Below, piece by piece: positions 1 through 9,100 of a DNA stretch of 32,926 nucleotides (the stretch's first letter is position 1; each line of letters begins with the position of its first letter). Where the stretch lies: positions 1 to 32,926 of the forward strand of contig JANQHZ010001023.1 in assembly GCA_028282445.1 (NCBI GenBank). The letters run 5' to 3'. The notes under the pieces were generated by a model. The model made no database searches and had not been told where the DNA came from. It worked only from the letters and a program-made list of their open reading frames with translations. A program made the position numbers and the translations under genes. This stretch comes from Candidatus Binatia bacterium. GTDB lineage: Bacteria; Desulfobacterota; Binatia; HRBIN30; CADEER01.

Positions 1-144
1 ACTCGGACCGGCTGAAAAACTAACAATCTAGCAACGTCCCTTGTGAGCGAAGCGAACGGCCACGCCGGTTCGTACGGCCGAAACTCGCGTCCCATGCCCC
101 ACTCTACGATATCTCAGCCTGCTTTTCTTCTGCCGCGCAGACTC

Positions 145-3100
145 CTAGTCCCGCCAGTTTGCAGTGCAGTCCCCGAAGACGACCGCGACGAAGTCTTGCT
201 GTTCGACTGCATCCGCTAGATCGATGATGGCGGCACCGGGTGCGCAGGCCCCCTGACTAATTTGTGGATCGGCCAATTGCCGGGCGGCGATCTCGTGGTC
301 CACCGGGAGAAATCCGAAGTCGGAACCGCAACTGCTCGACACTGGCAGCTGTGGAATCAAGTTGAGTTCGTACTGCAGCAGCCTGGTAGCGTCCAAGCCG
401 CTCACCGTGCCGTCGGCCGTGACGTCGGCGGCTACTCGAGCGGCCCCTGTGAGCTCGCGCAGGCCGACGACGTGTTGCAGCACGTAAGCGGCGTCGAGGG
501 AGCTGACGGCTTGCGCCTGGCCACCGTCTTTCTTTGGCTGTACACGCCAAGACCCCGCCGACAATCCGCTCGCCCGGTAGGAACCATCGGCGAGCGTGAC
601 CAGCGAGAGAAGCCCGTCGGGCCCCTGTAACTCTACGACCGCGCCAGCAACGGGAGCAGCCGACGACTCGTAGCGGATCGTTCCCCAGATCTCGCCGGTC
701 CTAGGGGTCGCTGTGGAAGTCATGGTGCGTGTCGGAGTTTGGGTGTGGGTAGGATTCTGCGTGTGGGTTGGAGTCCTGGTGTGGGTTCGCGTCGTCGTTA
801 CCGTCTCGGTCGAGGTCTCGGATGCCGTGACGGTCTGGGTCGGGGTTGTGGTCGGTATTGCCGTTTCGGTCGGCGGCATGGTTGCCGTTGTGGTCGGCGT
901 CGGTGCGGTCGGGATTGGGCCGACGTACTTCGCGATCGTGCCTCCGTCTCCGACCGCCCAGCCAACGCCTTCCGCCAAGAAGTGTACGTCGCGCAGGTAC
1001 CGCGCGGTTGGACCGCTCTCGAGACGCCAGGGTTGCCCCGCGGACGTCGTGCTTACAATCGCGCCGTCGTCGCCTACGGCCCAACCGTTCAATGCGTCCA
1101 TGAAGCTCACGGCGTGGAGGTTGTGCGGAAAGTGGCTGACCTGGGTCTGCCAGGTCGCGCCGCCGTCGGCGGAGTAGATGATGCTCGATGGTGCGCTGCC
1201 CACACCCCATGCCCGATTGTCTACCACGTCCAAGCCATCGATGACCGGCGTTGTGTACGTGGGCTGCCAGGCGATTCCTCCGTCTTCCGTTCGAACGACG
1301 TGCGTGCTCGAGTTGATACCCAACGCGAGGTCGCCGTTGGTCGGATGTACGTCGAACAGCCACTCCGGCGAGCCGAAGAACCACGTCGCTCCGGCATCGA
1401 ACGAGCGAGCCATGCCGGTTCGAGTCCCGGCCCACACTTCGTTCCCGACAATCCCCAACCCCCAGACCTGCGACCCGCGATACACCTCGCGCCACGAGTC
1501 TCCGCCATTGATGCTCATCGAGACAAAGCCTTGCCCTCCGATGAGCCCACCGGCCCCGACGTTGGTGGAATTCGAGGCGACGAGTCCACGAAGCTCCCCG
1601 TCCTCAATGCCTGATGGGGCCGGCAGCTTCTGCCAAGAATTGCCTCCGTCGCGCGTCCGAAGTGCGATTCCGGCCTGGCCCACAGCCCATCCTTCCAACT
1701 CGTTGATAAAGTGAACGGCATGCAGCGTGAGTGTCGTTCCACTGTTCTGCAGGATCCAATTGCCAACGCGCGATGTCGTCGGAACGAAAGTTGCGCCGAT
1801 GTTGCGCGACTGCTCCATGCCTACCGTGCATCCGCCGTTGCCGATGCAGTCGCCTGTCCAAGAATCGAATCGCCATCCACTGGCGGGCCTTGGTGTGAGC
1901 GTGATCTGGGTCGACGGTGACCAGCCGGCGGTCGTGCAGGTTCCAGCGAAGCACGGCTGCGACCCATGCGAGTCCGTCACAACCCCACTTCCGGTCAGGT
2001 TGACCGAAAGCGTCGTCAGTCCCTGCGGTGATACGCGTTGGTCGTAGGACAAGAAGCTAGCGAACCCGGCGCCGTCGTCCAAGTCGACCTGGATCCTGCA
2101 AACCTCTTCGGTATTGGTGAGATTCGCGGGGGCCGTCCAAGACGACGCCGGACTGTTCGCGTTGCCGAACGTTCCATCCGATCCGAGTGTCGGACACGAT
2201 GCGCTCCACGCAACCGACACTCCATGCCCGTAGGTGTCGTAAGGATCGATGCTCACGATCGTTGCGCTCCCCGACGGTACCGGGTTGTGCGCTCCGCCCG
2301 GCCCGGCCAGCGCGAGGATTGTGTGGTTCGATGGCCCTACGCCCTGCGTGAACGATCGTGCTTCGCTGATGCCGAAGCCGTCGCTAACCTCGACCGTGAT
2401 GTCGCAGAACGTCACCGAGCCGGTTGGATTCAAAGGCGGGCTCCATATCGGCCCTCGGTTCGTGCGGTCGCTGAAGGCGCCGCTCGCCGACAGCTCCGGA
2501 CAGTCCGCCGACCAGAAGTAACTCAACCCGTGTCCTAGAGAGTCCTCTGCCAGCACGCCGAGGTTCGCTACGCTACCCGCGGTTACCGGGTTGAATCCGC
2601 TCGATGGTCCGCTGCGGAACTCGATCGTGTGTTCCGGTCCGACTGTCGGTGTCGGCGGCACGGGTGTCGACGTGGGCGGCGGACCGCTGCCGGTGCGAAA
2701 AGTCCGCACCCCGGACCACGGGCCGGTCAGGCCAAGCAGGTAGTTCCCAGCTCGGGCTCGCCAGTAGTAGCGTGTGTCGGGAGCGAGACCGCTGACGGCT
2801 AACTCGGCAACCGAGCCATCGACGACTTCGTTGACGACACAGTTGAAGCAGATCCGATCTGTGACATCGGTGTCGAAAGCTGCATCGGCGGTGAGTTGCA
2901 GGCGATACTCCGTGGCGTCTCCCACCGCCCCCCAGGATAGCGTCGGGTCCGTTGCCACACCGGACGCACCGCTAGCAGGCTGCGACAGTGACGGCGCCGC
3001 GATCGCGACGTCGCTGACCTCGATGGTGGCGTTGACGGGTGCGGATTCCACCTCGACGCTGTTGCGGACTTTGAAGAACACCGTCTTCTCACCGCTTCCG

Positions 3101-4353
3101 GGGGATAGCTCGAACGTCACACTTGGCGAGTACGCCTTCCAAGAGCCGGAGAAGTGTTCGCTCTCGCTGGCAGTGTATTCGACGGCGCCGGCGCTTGCGC
3201 CGCTGTTCAGGACTACGAGGCGTTTCGCCGTGACGTTGGCCCCGCTGTTGATCGCGAAGTAGCTCACCACCGGGGCCGGGACCTCTTCGAGCGTGATCGA
3301 CGCCTCGACCGTATCCGATTCCAAGCCCGCCGAGTTGCGTACTTTGAGGTAGATCGTCTTCGGCCCATCGCCCGGGCTCAGAGTGAATGAGTTCCCCCAA
3401 TAGCGAGAATCGCGCTTCCAGCATGAGCTCGAGAAGGGCTGAGTCTCGCTTGCGCAGTAGTCCTCGATGTCCTGGTAGTAGGATGGGTCGAAGGTGAGCT
3501 CAACCGTGCGTGAGAACGCTGTCGCTGCGCCCGCGTTGATCTCGAAGTTCATGGCCTGTGGGGGCACAGCCTGACGGACGATCGTCCTGCCGGTCTCGCG
3601 ACGCAGGCTGAGGGAATCGCTGCAAGCGACTCGGCGGTAGGCGTCGTAGGAGGACTCGAACAGCGCGAACAGTTGGTCGCGATTCAGGCCAGTTGCAAAC
3701 AACACGTCTTGTACGTGAACTTCGAACCAAGGCTGCGCTACCAGATCCTGCCAGGCGCGCTCCGGGCTAAGCGGATTGAACGCGTTCGATCGGGAGTCGA
3801 TGTACCAGTCAAGAAGGAAGCGAAGCTCCGGGGCGGCATCTAGGTGAATAAACAGCAGCACAACTTCCAAGGCAGATTGTATCTGGCTGAGGGTCGTCAA
3901 GACGGTAGCGGAGAAGGCCTCCGAAACGGACAGCGCTGCGGCTAACCAGGTCTGTGCTCGGCTGGTTGTGCTGGTGAGTCCCTCCACGAACAAACGCGCC
4001 TCGTCGGTCAGAAAGTTTGATTGGCTCGCCAGGAAGCGCTGCACAGCAATACCATAGTCGATCTGCGCCAGCAGGGCCGCGACCTCGCCGGGCTCGGACT
4101 CGACGAATGTGCGAAGCGGCGTCATCGGGACATCGATCAGCGGAATCTCGAAATAGGCTGAATCGTGCAGGATCCATGCGAGGCAAGCTGCGTCCCAGCC
4201 CGTGTGGGAACCAAGGATGTTCGTCTCCTCGCACTCGCTCGTAGGCCGGATGGGAGTCGTGGGCGTGACTGGCACGCAGCCGGCTCTTGCTTCGGCGTAC
4301 GAGGTTGCGATGACAACCGCGGCCAGCGCGGCGCGGACAAGGTGGATCTTCAT
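145..4353 (-). CDS. Secreted 1402-aa multidomain surface protein with Ig-like/FN3/InlB-B-like domains, YCF48/BNR Asp-box beta-propeller and C-terminal dockerin-like module
   Basis: Sec-type signal MKIHLVRAALAAVVIATSYAEARA, then an unassigned N-terminal region. Two FxINxGA Ig-like repeats (~3020-3550), an FN3-like domain (PTLSW..YRLQL..LAPDTRYYWRARA, ~2690-2990), two paralogous Cys-containing repeats (~2030-2630) and an InlB-B-like repeat (LTPRPASGWRFDSWTGDC, ~1785-2015). Six Asp-box-like motifs (RTRDGGNSW, SINGGDSW, SFDAGATW, TEDGGIAW, SADGGATW, TTSAGQPW; ~925-1764). Thr/Pro linker, prealbumin-like domain, then dockerin-like SSLDAAYVLQHVVG...AADVTADGTVSGLDATRLLQY. Confidence 0.9.
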   Translation of the reverse strand: MKIHLVRAALAAVVIATSYAEARAGCVPVTPTTPIRPTSECEETNILGSHTGWDAACLAWILHDSAYFEIPLIDVPMTPLRTFVESEPGEVAALLAQIDYGIAVQRFLASQSNFLTDEARLFVEGLTSTTSRAQTWLAAALSVSEAFSATVLTTLSQIQSALEVVLLFIHLDAAPELRFLLDWYIDSRSNAFNPLSPERAWQDLVAQPWFEVHVQDVLFATGLNRDQLFALFESSYDAYRRVACSDSLSLRRETGRTIVRQAVPPQAMNFEINAGAATAFSRTVELTFDPSYYQDIEDYCASETQPFSSSCWKRDSRYWGNSFTLSPGDGPKTIYLKVRNSAGLESDTVEASITLEEVPAPVVSYFAINSGANVTAKRLVVLNSGASAGAVEYTASESEHFSGSWKAYSPSVTFELSPGSGEKTVFFKVRNSVEVESAPVNATIEVSDVAIAAPSLSQPASGASGVATDPTLSWGAVGDATEYRLQLTADAAFDTDVTDRICFNCVVNEVVDGSVAELAVSGLAPDTRYYWRARAGNYLLGLTGPWSGVRTFRTGSGPPPTSTPVPPTPTVGPEHTIEFRSGPSSGFNPVTAGSVANLGVLAEDSLGHGLSYFWSADCPELSASGAFSDRTNRGPIWSPPLNPTGSVTFCDITVEVSDGFGISEARSFTQGVGPSNHTILALAGPGGAHNPVPSGSATIVSIDPYDTYGHGVSVAWSASCPTLGSDGTFGNANSPASSWTAPANLTNTEEVCRIQVDLDDGAGFASFLSYDQRVSPQGLTTLSVNLTGSGVVTDSHGSQPCFAGTCTTAGWSPSTQITLTPRPASGWRFDSWTGDCIGNGGCTVGMEQSRNIGATFVPTTSRVGNWILQNSGTTLTLHAVHFINELEGWAVGQAGIALRTRDGGNSWQKLPAPSGIEDGELRGLVASNSTNVGAGGLIGGQGFVSMSINGGDSWREVYRGSQVWGLGIVGNEVWAGTRTGMARSFDAGATWFFGSPEWLFDVHPTNGDLALGINSSTHVVRTEDGGIAWQPTYTTPVIDGLDVVDNRAWGVGSAPSSIIYSADGGATWQTQVSHFPHNLHAVSFMDALNGWAVGDDGAIVSTTSAGQPWRLESGPTARYLRDVHFLAEGVGWAVGDGGTIAKYVGPIPTAPTPTTTATMPPTETAIPTTTPTQTVTASETSTETVTTTRTHTRTPTHTQNPTHTQTPTRTMTSTATPRTGEIWGTIRYESSAAPVAGAVVELQGPDGLLSLVTLADGSYRASGLSAGSWRVQPKKDGGQAQAVSSLDAAYVLQHVVGLRELTGAARVAADVTADGTVSGLDATRLLQYELNLIPQLPVSSSCGSDFGFLPVDHEIAARQLADPQISQGACAPGAAIIDLADAVEQQDFVAVVFGDCTANWRD

Positions 4354-4512
4354 TCGTTACCGCTTCTCGGTTAGGCTGCGGGCGAGCCAGTCTGTCGCCG
4401 AGTTCGAGGCCGAAGGGATCGAAACTTCTTTGTCGGGGCGACGCGACTCGTGTCACCTCTCGAAACTTGGGGCCGGCGCTGACGAGTCTCAAGATGCGCC
4501 CGGCTCGGACGT

Positions 4513-5214
4513 CTATGGTTGCCTGGCACAACCATCGAGAGACATCCGGACCGCCGAGACTATCTCGTCAATTGTGATTCTTCCGTCTTCGTCAGCATCG
4601 AAGACCCGGCATTGCGAGATGTCCATGCGGCTGAGCGCGATGTTCACCCCGCGGATAAGCTCTTCGATCGTGACGTCGCCGCTGGCATCGCAGTCACCTG
4701 GACACCCGAGTGCGCCGGGGTTGATGATGCAGGTATCAGATTCACTCTTGATCGGCGCGCCTGCCGTATCGGCAAGGCGAACGGTCGTGGCCCGCAGCTC
4801 GACCTCGGACTTCGTCAACAGCTCGAGGTTCACCGTGGCGACGTGCGCTGACCCCTTGGGCGAGGAGAGGCTCGAGCTGTTGAAGGCAGAGAGGCGCAGG
4901 TTGCCGCTCTGGAAATCCTGGGCGTTATGTGTCGGTACGCCGGAGAATTCACGGGTTGCGCCGCCCACGACGGAACGGACGCGGACATCGTTGCGATCGA
5001 AACTGAGGGCGACGGTGTAGGCACCGAGTGTCCGATCAGCGGCGTCAACGTAAATCTGTGCGTCCGCCTGATTCGCCTCACCTTGGACCGCCTCTGGACA
5101 GCGGATTTCGATCGTCGCGGCTAACGGAGACGCCAGGCAAAGTGACAATACGTGGAGCAAGACTCCCTGCGATTGGCGACGGCGTCTCCTGCGACAAGGG
5201 CGTTTTGAAAGCAT
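4513..5214 (-). CDS. Secreted cohesin-like + dockerin-like protein (adaptor-scaffoldin-like), 233 aa
   Basis: Basic n-region plus hydrophobic stretch (GVLLHVLSLCLASPLAA). Cohesin-like beta pattern LGAYTVALSFD...GNLRLSAFN...VATVNL...LADTAG (~4725-5112). C-terminal duplicated Ca-loop/helix CPGDCDASGDVTIEELIRGVNIAL...CRVFDADEDGRITIDEIVSAVRMSLDGC (4528-4704). Confidence 0.8.
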   Translation of the reverse strand: MLSKRPCRRRRRRQSQGVLLHVLSLCLASPLAATIEIRCPEAVQGEANQADAQIYVDAADRTLGAYTVALSFDRNDVRVRSVVGGATREFSGVPTHNAQDFQSGNLRLSAFNSSSLSSPKGSAHVATVNLELLTKSEVELRATTVRLADTAGAPIKSESDTCIINPGALGCPGDCDASGDVTIEELIRGVNIALSRMDISQCRVFDADEDGRITIDEIVSAVRMSLDGCARQP

Positions 5215-5435
5215 TCAATTCTCTCGGCTCGGCCCCCTTATTACTCGCGAGTTCCGGTTGCAATCAATACTTTACTCACGCGTTAGGCGATACACGCTTA
5301 CGCGACGTCAGCCTCGTTAATCAGGTGGCAAGCGATTCCTATATCTGAGAACGTTCAAGATTGACTTGACACTTCGACGCCGCCGGTACTACACGCGGTT
5401 CTGGTTTTTCATCTGCACCATTTCAGATTGATGCT
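5215..5435. promoter_or_regulatory. Divergent intergenic region, presumed bidirectional promoter
   Basis: Non-coding gap between the head-to-head genes, visibly more AT-rich than the flanks. It has a perfect TTGACA at 5366-5371 (+) but no good -10 at 17 bp, and a 10-bp palindrome ACTCGCGAGT at 5243-5252. Exact promoter elements are unresolved. Confidence 0.45.
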
Positions 5436-6113
5436 TTGAGATTTCGGGTCTCGATAGGGGGGGCGCCGGCAATCGGAACAGCCATCGAGGGCCGGCGGCA
5501 CGGGAGACGTTCGGTCTTTGCCGCAGCGGCGGTACTACTGTGCCTCTTGTCGTCTCAGCCGACTCGCGCACAGGACACGTTGGCAAGGCTTGATTGCCCG
5601 AGATTCGTTGCGGCCGGCGAACCCTTCGAAGTCGAGTTCATCGTCGAGACGGCAAGCGACCCTATCGGTGCGTACCTGCTGCTGTTGAGCTTCGATGCGG
5701 GTTTTGCCGAAGTCATCTCCGTCGCGGGTGGCAGTCGCCCTGAGTTCGCGGGCACGCCTTTTCATAATCCGGCCGACTTCGATTCGGGCTGGTTGGTTCT
5801 GGCTGCGTACAACGCCACGAGCCTCGTCGAACCGGTCGGGACGGTGTCCGCAGCCCGTATCCGGATGATGGCGCGGCCCGATGCGAACGGTCTGAGCGAT
5901 CTCGACCTACCGCTCATGCTCGTCACCGACACGATGGGTCTTGATCTCGGGGCCGCGGTCTCAGGCTGCTCCATAGGATTTGTCGAGAGCATACCTGCAC
6001 CGGCGCCCGCGCTTGGTCCGGCAGGAAGCTTGGGCACGCTGCTCGTTTTGCTGATGGTCGCGAGAGCCCGCTTTCGCCGTCACCGACTCCAGTCTCGGGG
6101 AAAGCAAACCTGA
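5436..6113 (+). CDS. Cohesin-like protein with C-terminal membrane anchor/sorting-signal-like tail (anchoring-scaffoldin-like); start codon uncertain
   Basis: Signal-like RRSVFAAAAVLLCLLSSQPTRA. Domain IGAYLLLLSFD...GGSRPEFAGTPFHNPADFDSGWLVLAAYN aligns by eye with the 233-aa protein. C-terminal IPAPAPALGPAGSLGTLLVLLMVARARFRRHR (Pro motif, hydrophobic helix, Arg cluster). Its TGA overlaps the next ATG (TGATG at 6111-6115). Confidence 0.8.
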   Translation: MRFRVSIGGAPAIGTAIEGRRHGRRSVFAAAAVLLCLLSSQPTRAQDTLARLDCPRFVAAGEPFEVEFIVETASDPIGAYLLLLSFDAGFAEVISVAGGSRPEFAGTPFHNPADFDSGWLVLAAYNATSLVEPVGTVSAARIRMMARPDANGLSDLDLPLMLVTDTMGLDLGAAVSGCSIGFVESIPAPAPALGPAGSLGTLLVLLMVARARFRRHRLQSRGKQT

Positions 6114-9100
6114 TGCGCGTCAGACGGTCGACGTCGGCGTTGGCAACATTCGTCGTCTTGCTCACTGCGGCCTTTCATACGGCGGTGGCCGGTGAGGCGC
6201 CGACTTGCGGCGTGTGTGGCGACGTAGACGGCAACGGCACCACCGACATTGTCGATGCCATGTTCGTCGGACAGCGCGCGGTCGGACTGCGAAGCAGTAT
6301 CCCATGTCCCGAAGACGGGGACGTCAACGGCGACAAGAGAATCGACATCATCGATGGTCTCTTCATTGCTCAGTTTACCGTGGGTCTCCGAGAGTCTTTG
6401 GGCTGCGGCGAAGTCACACCGACCCCGACTCCGGTCGCTACCCACACGCCAACGCCGAGCCCAACGGTTTCGCCGACCTGGACGTCTACCCACACCAAAA
6501 CAACAACCCCGACGGAGACACCGACCGACACTCCGACGTTGACGCCGACTGATACGCCGACGGACACGCCGAACGTGACGCGGACGCAAACTCCCACGCC
6601 GACGGAAACTCCGACGACCACTCCGACATTCACCCCTACCGAGGGGCTCGCGATGGCGATCGTCGATCCGCCGGAGGGCGAGGTTTTCGCGACCTCCCCG
6701 ATCACGGTCAGCGGAACGATCAGCCAGGAAGGGGCGCGCGCGCTGGTTGCGAACGTTCTCGCCGATGTCGACGGCACCGACTTCGAAGCCGCGGGGGTTG
6801 CGCTGTCCGAAGGCGAGAACATGCTGCAAGCGCGGGCGCTCAAGGGGTTCACCAACGAGGCCAGCACAACGCGGATGGTCGTCCTCGATACGATTCCGCC
6901 GTTTCTCAACATCCTCTCGCCGGCGGATCGTTCAATTCAGTCGCAATCCGCTGTCGACGTCGTTGCCTTGGTCACCGACGCCAACCCGGTGACTTGCAGG
7001 GTGAACGAAGAGGAAACGAGCATCGAGGAGGACAGCTTCACCGAGGATTCGCCGCTGGATGAAGGCGAGAACCTGATCTCGGTGATCTGCACCGACACGG
7101 CCGGAAACTCGACCACCCGCACGCTGACGGTGTTCTACGATGACGCGTTTTTGACGATCACCAACGTCGTTCCGCTGCCGGGGGCGACCGAAGTCGCGCC
7201 CGATGCCGACGTGGTCATCGACTTCTCGAAGGCCGTCGCACCGGCGACGGTCAACGCGTCCACCTTGTTCCTGCGCTCGGGCTCGCGGATTCTCGCGAGC
7301 ACTGTGAACGTCGATGCGGATGGGACGCGCGTCACCCTCGACCCGTCGGAAGACCTCGTGCCCGGTGCCGAAGTGCACATCAAGGTGACTACCGGCGTGA
7401 CCGATTCGCTTGGGATCCCGCTAACGTCACCGTTCTCCAGTAGCTTCACCGTCGCCGGCCTGCAGGTCGATGCCGGTGCGATCCGCGGTGAAGTCTATGA
7501 CGATACTCGGAGTCTGCCGCTTGCCGAGGCTGCGGTGCAGGTCTTTTCCTCGGGCGGCGGGCAGCTTCTGGCGACAGGATCCACCGATGAGCGCGGCCGC
7601 TACTTGTTCGACGTCGACGAAACCTCAGTGCGACTACGCATTGACAAGGAAGGATTCACCACCGTCGAGCGGACGCTCGAAGAAGTTTCAGAGACGCTGT
7701 CGGAGGTCTTCGACGCGCGGCTGACCCCGCTTGCCGCGCCGCAGGCCGTGACCGCGCTTCTCGGTGGTGAAATCGCCACGGCGCTGGGCCATCGCTTGAC
7801 CATTCCGGCCGGCGCCTTGGCGTCGGATGCCGAGATTGCTTTTACGGACATCAGCCCTCAGGGGCCGCGCGCGCCGTACCCGCCGGGCTGGAGTCCGGTC
7901 GCTGCGATCGAGATCGGAGGGACACTGTCGTTCGATCCCGCCGCGGAGTTGGCGCTGCTCGACCCGTCCGGCGACGCCGGCGGTCTCGACGCCGTGGTGG
8001 CGCGCTATGATGAGCAGGCGGGCGTCTGGATTGCGTTGCTTCAGCTGAGCGTCGCGGAGAACGGAGCCACGATAGTCGATGGGGTCGATCGGAGCGGTCA
8101 GTACGCTTTACTCGTGGCTGACCGCAGTGACAGCGCGACCGACCTCATCACACCTGGCCAGTCGTTGCCGGTGAGCCCGAGCGAAGAGATTCCGGCCGAT
8201 GCCACCGGCGCTGCCGAGGTAGTCCCCGAGGTCGGGCGCGCCGATGACCCGACGCCGGCGCAAGCGACGGTGACGATCTTGTCCGCGTCGCCGATGCGCA
8301 GCGGCTCGCTGCTGCGCGGCGACTTCATGGAGCTGTTCCTGCTGCGCGACGGAGGGCAGCTCACACCAGTGGGCTCGTCGCAGGACTTCGTCGCCTACCG
8401 CTTGCCAGGTGACGACGCCGGCACGACCTTGGTGGCGACGTTTCCGATCGCGCCGTCGCGAACATTCTCGCTGGCCGAGCTCGACACCGGCACGGTGACG
8501 GTTGCGCTCGAGCGCGCCGCGATGACGGCGACCAGTCTGGTCGGACCCGAAGGCGGCGGTATCGAGTCGGAAGCCGGCGGCCGCGTTCTAATCCCGCCGG
8601 GTGCGCTCGCCGACGGCGTGCCAGTCGATTTGCGTCAGCTCGAAGGAACATCGCTGCCGAGCAGCGGCAACGACGACATAATTGCCATTGGCGGCTTCGA
8701 CCTCGACCTCTCGGGTGCGTTCGCGGGCGAATCGCTGACGCTGGTCCTCGCCAACGCTGCAGCCGCGGTGCCGACCGGATTCAGCGTGGTGGTCGCCGAA
8801 GTAAGAAACATCGGCGGGCGCGACCGCCTCGTGCTCGTCGCGCTCGGTATCGTGGAGGGCGACGACGTCTCGATGGTGAGCGAGGTCGGTGGTGTGGTGC
8901 TCCCTGGTGTGCGCGGCGGGGGGCGTTATGGATTCTACCGTGTCGCATCGAGTCTGGAGCTAGTCACGGGAAGCGTTCGCGAGGACGCGACCGGTCTCGG
9001 CGACGGTCACCTCGCGCAGCTGGCGCAGCTGCCTTTCGCGTCGGTCAGCGGCGAGACCGGTTCCGACGCAGGCGGCGGCCTCTTCGCGCTCGTCGCCGCG

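Noticed and set aside
54-73. Imperfect hairpin CGAACGGC-CAC-GCCGGTTCG downstream of the minus-strand gene as a terminator
   Set aside because: The stem is bulged and has no adjacent U-tract on the minus strand.
4419-4468. TCGAAACTT direct repeat (4419-4427, 4460-4468) upstream of the 1402-aa gene
   Set aside because: Two 9-mers could be chance, and there is no regulator or other support.
6416-6640. ACGCCGAC-like short repeats (also ~700-920 and ~31825-31950) as DNA-level repeat elements
   Set aside because: They are explained by Pro/Thr linker coding, and synonymous positions vary.
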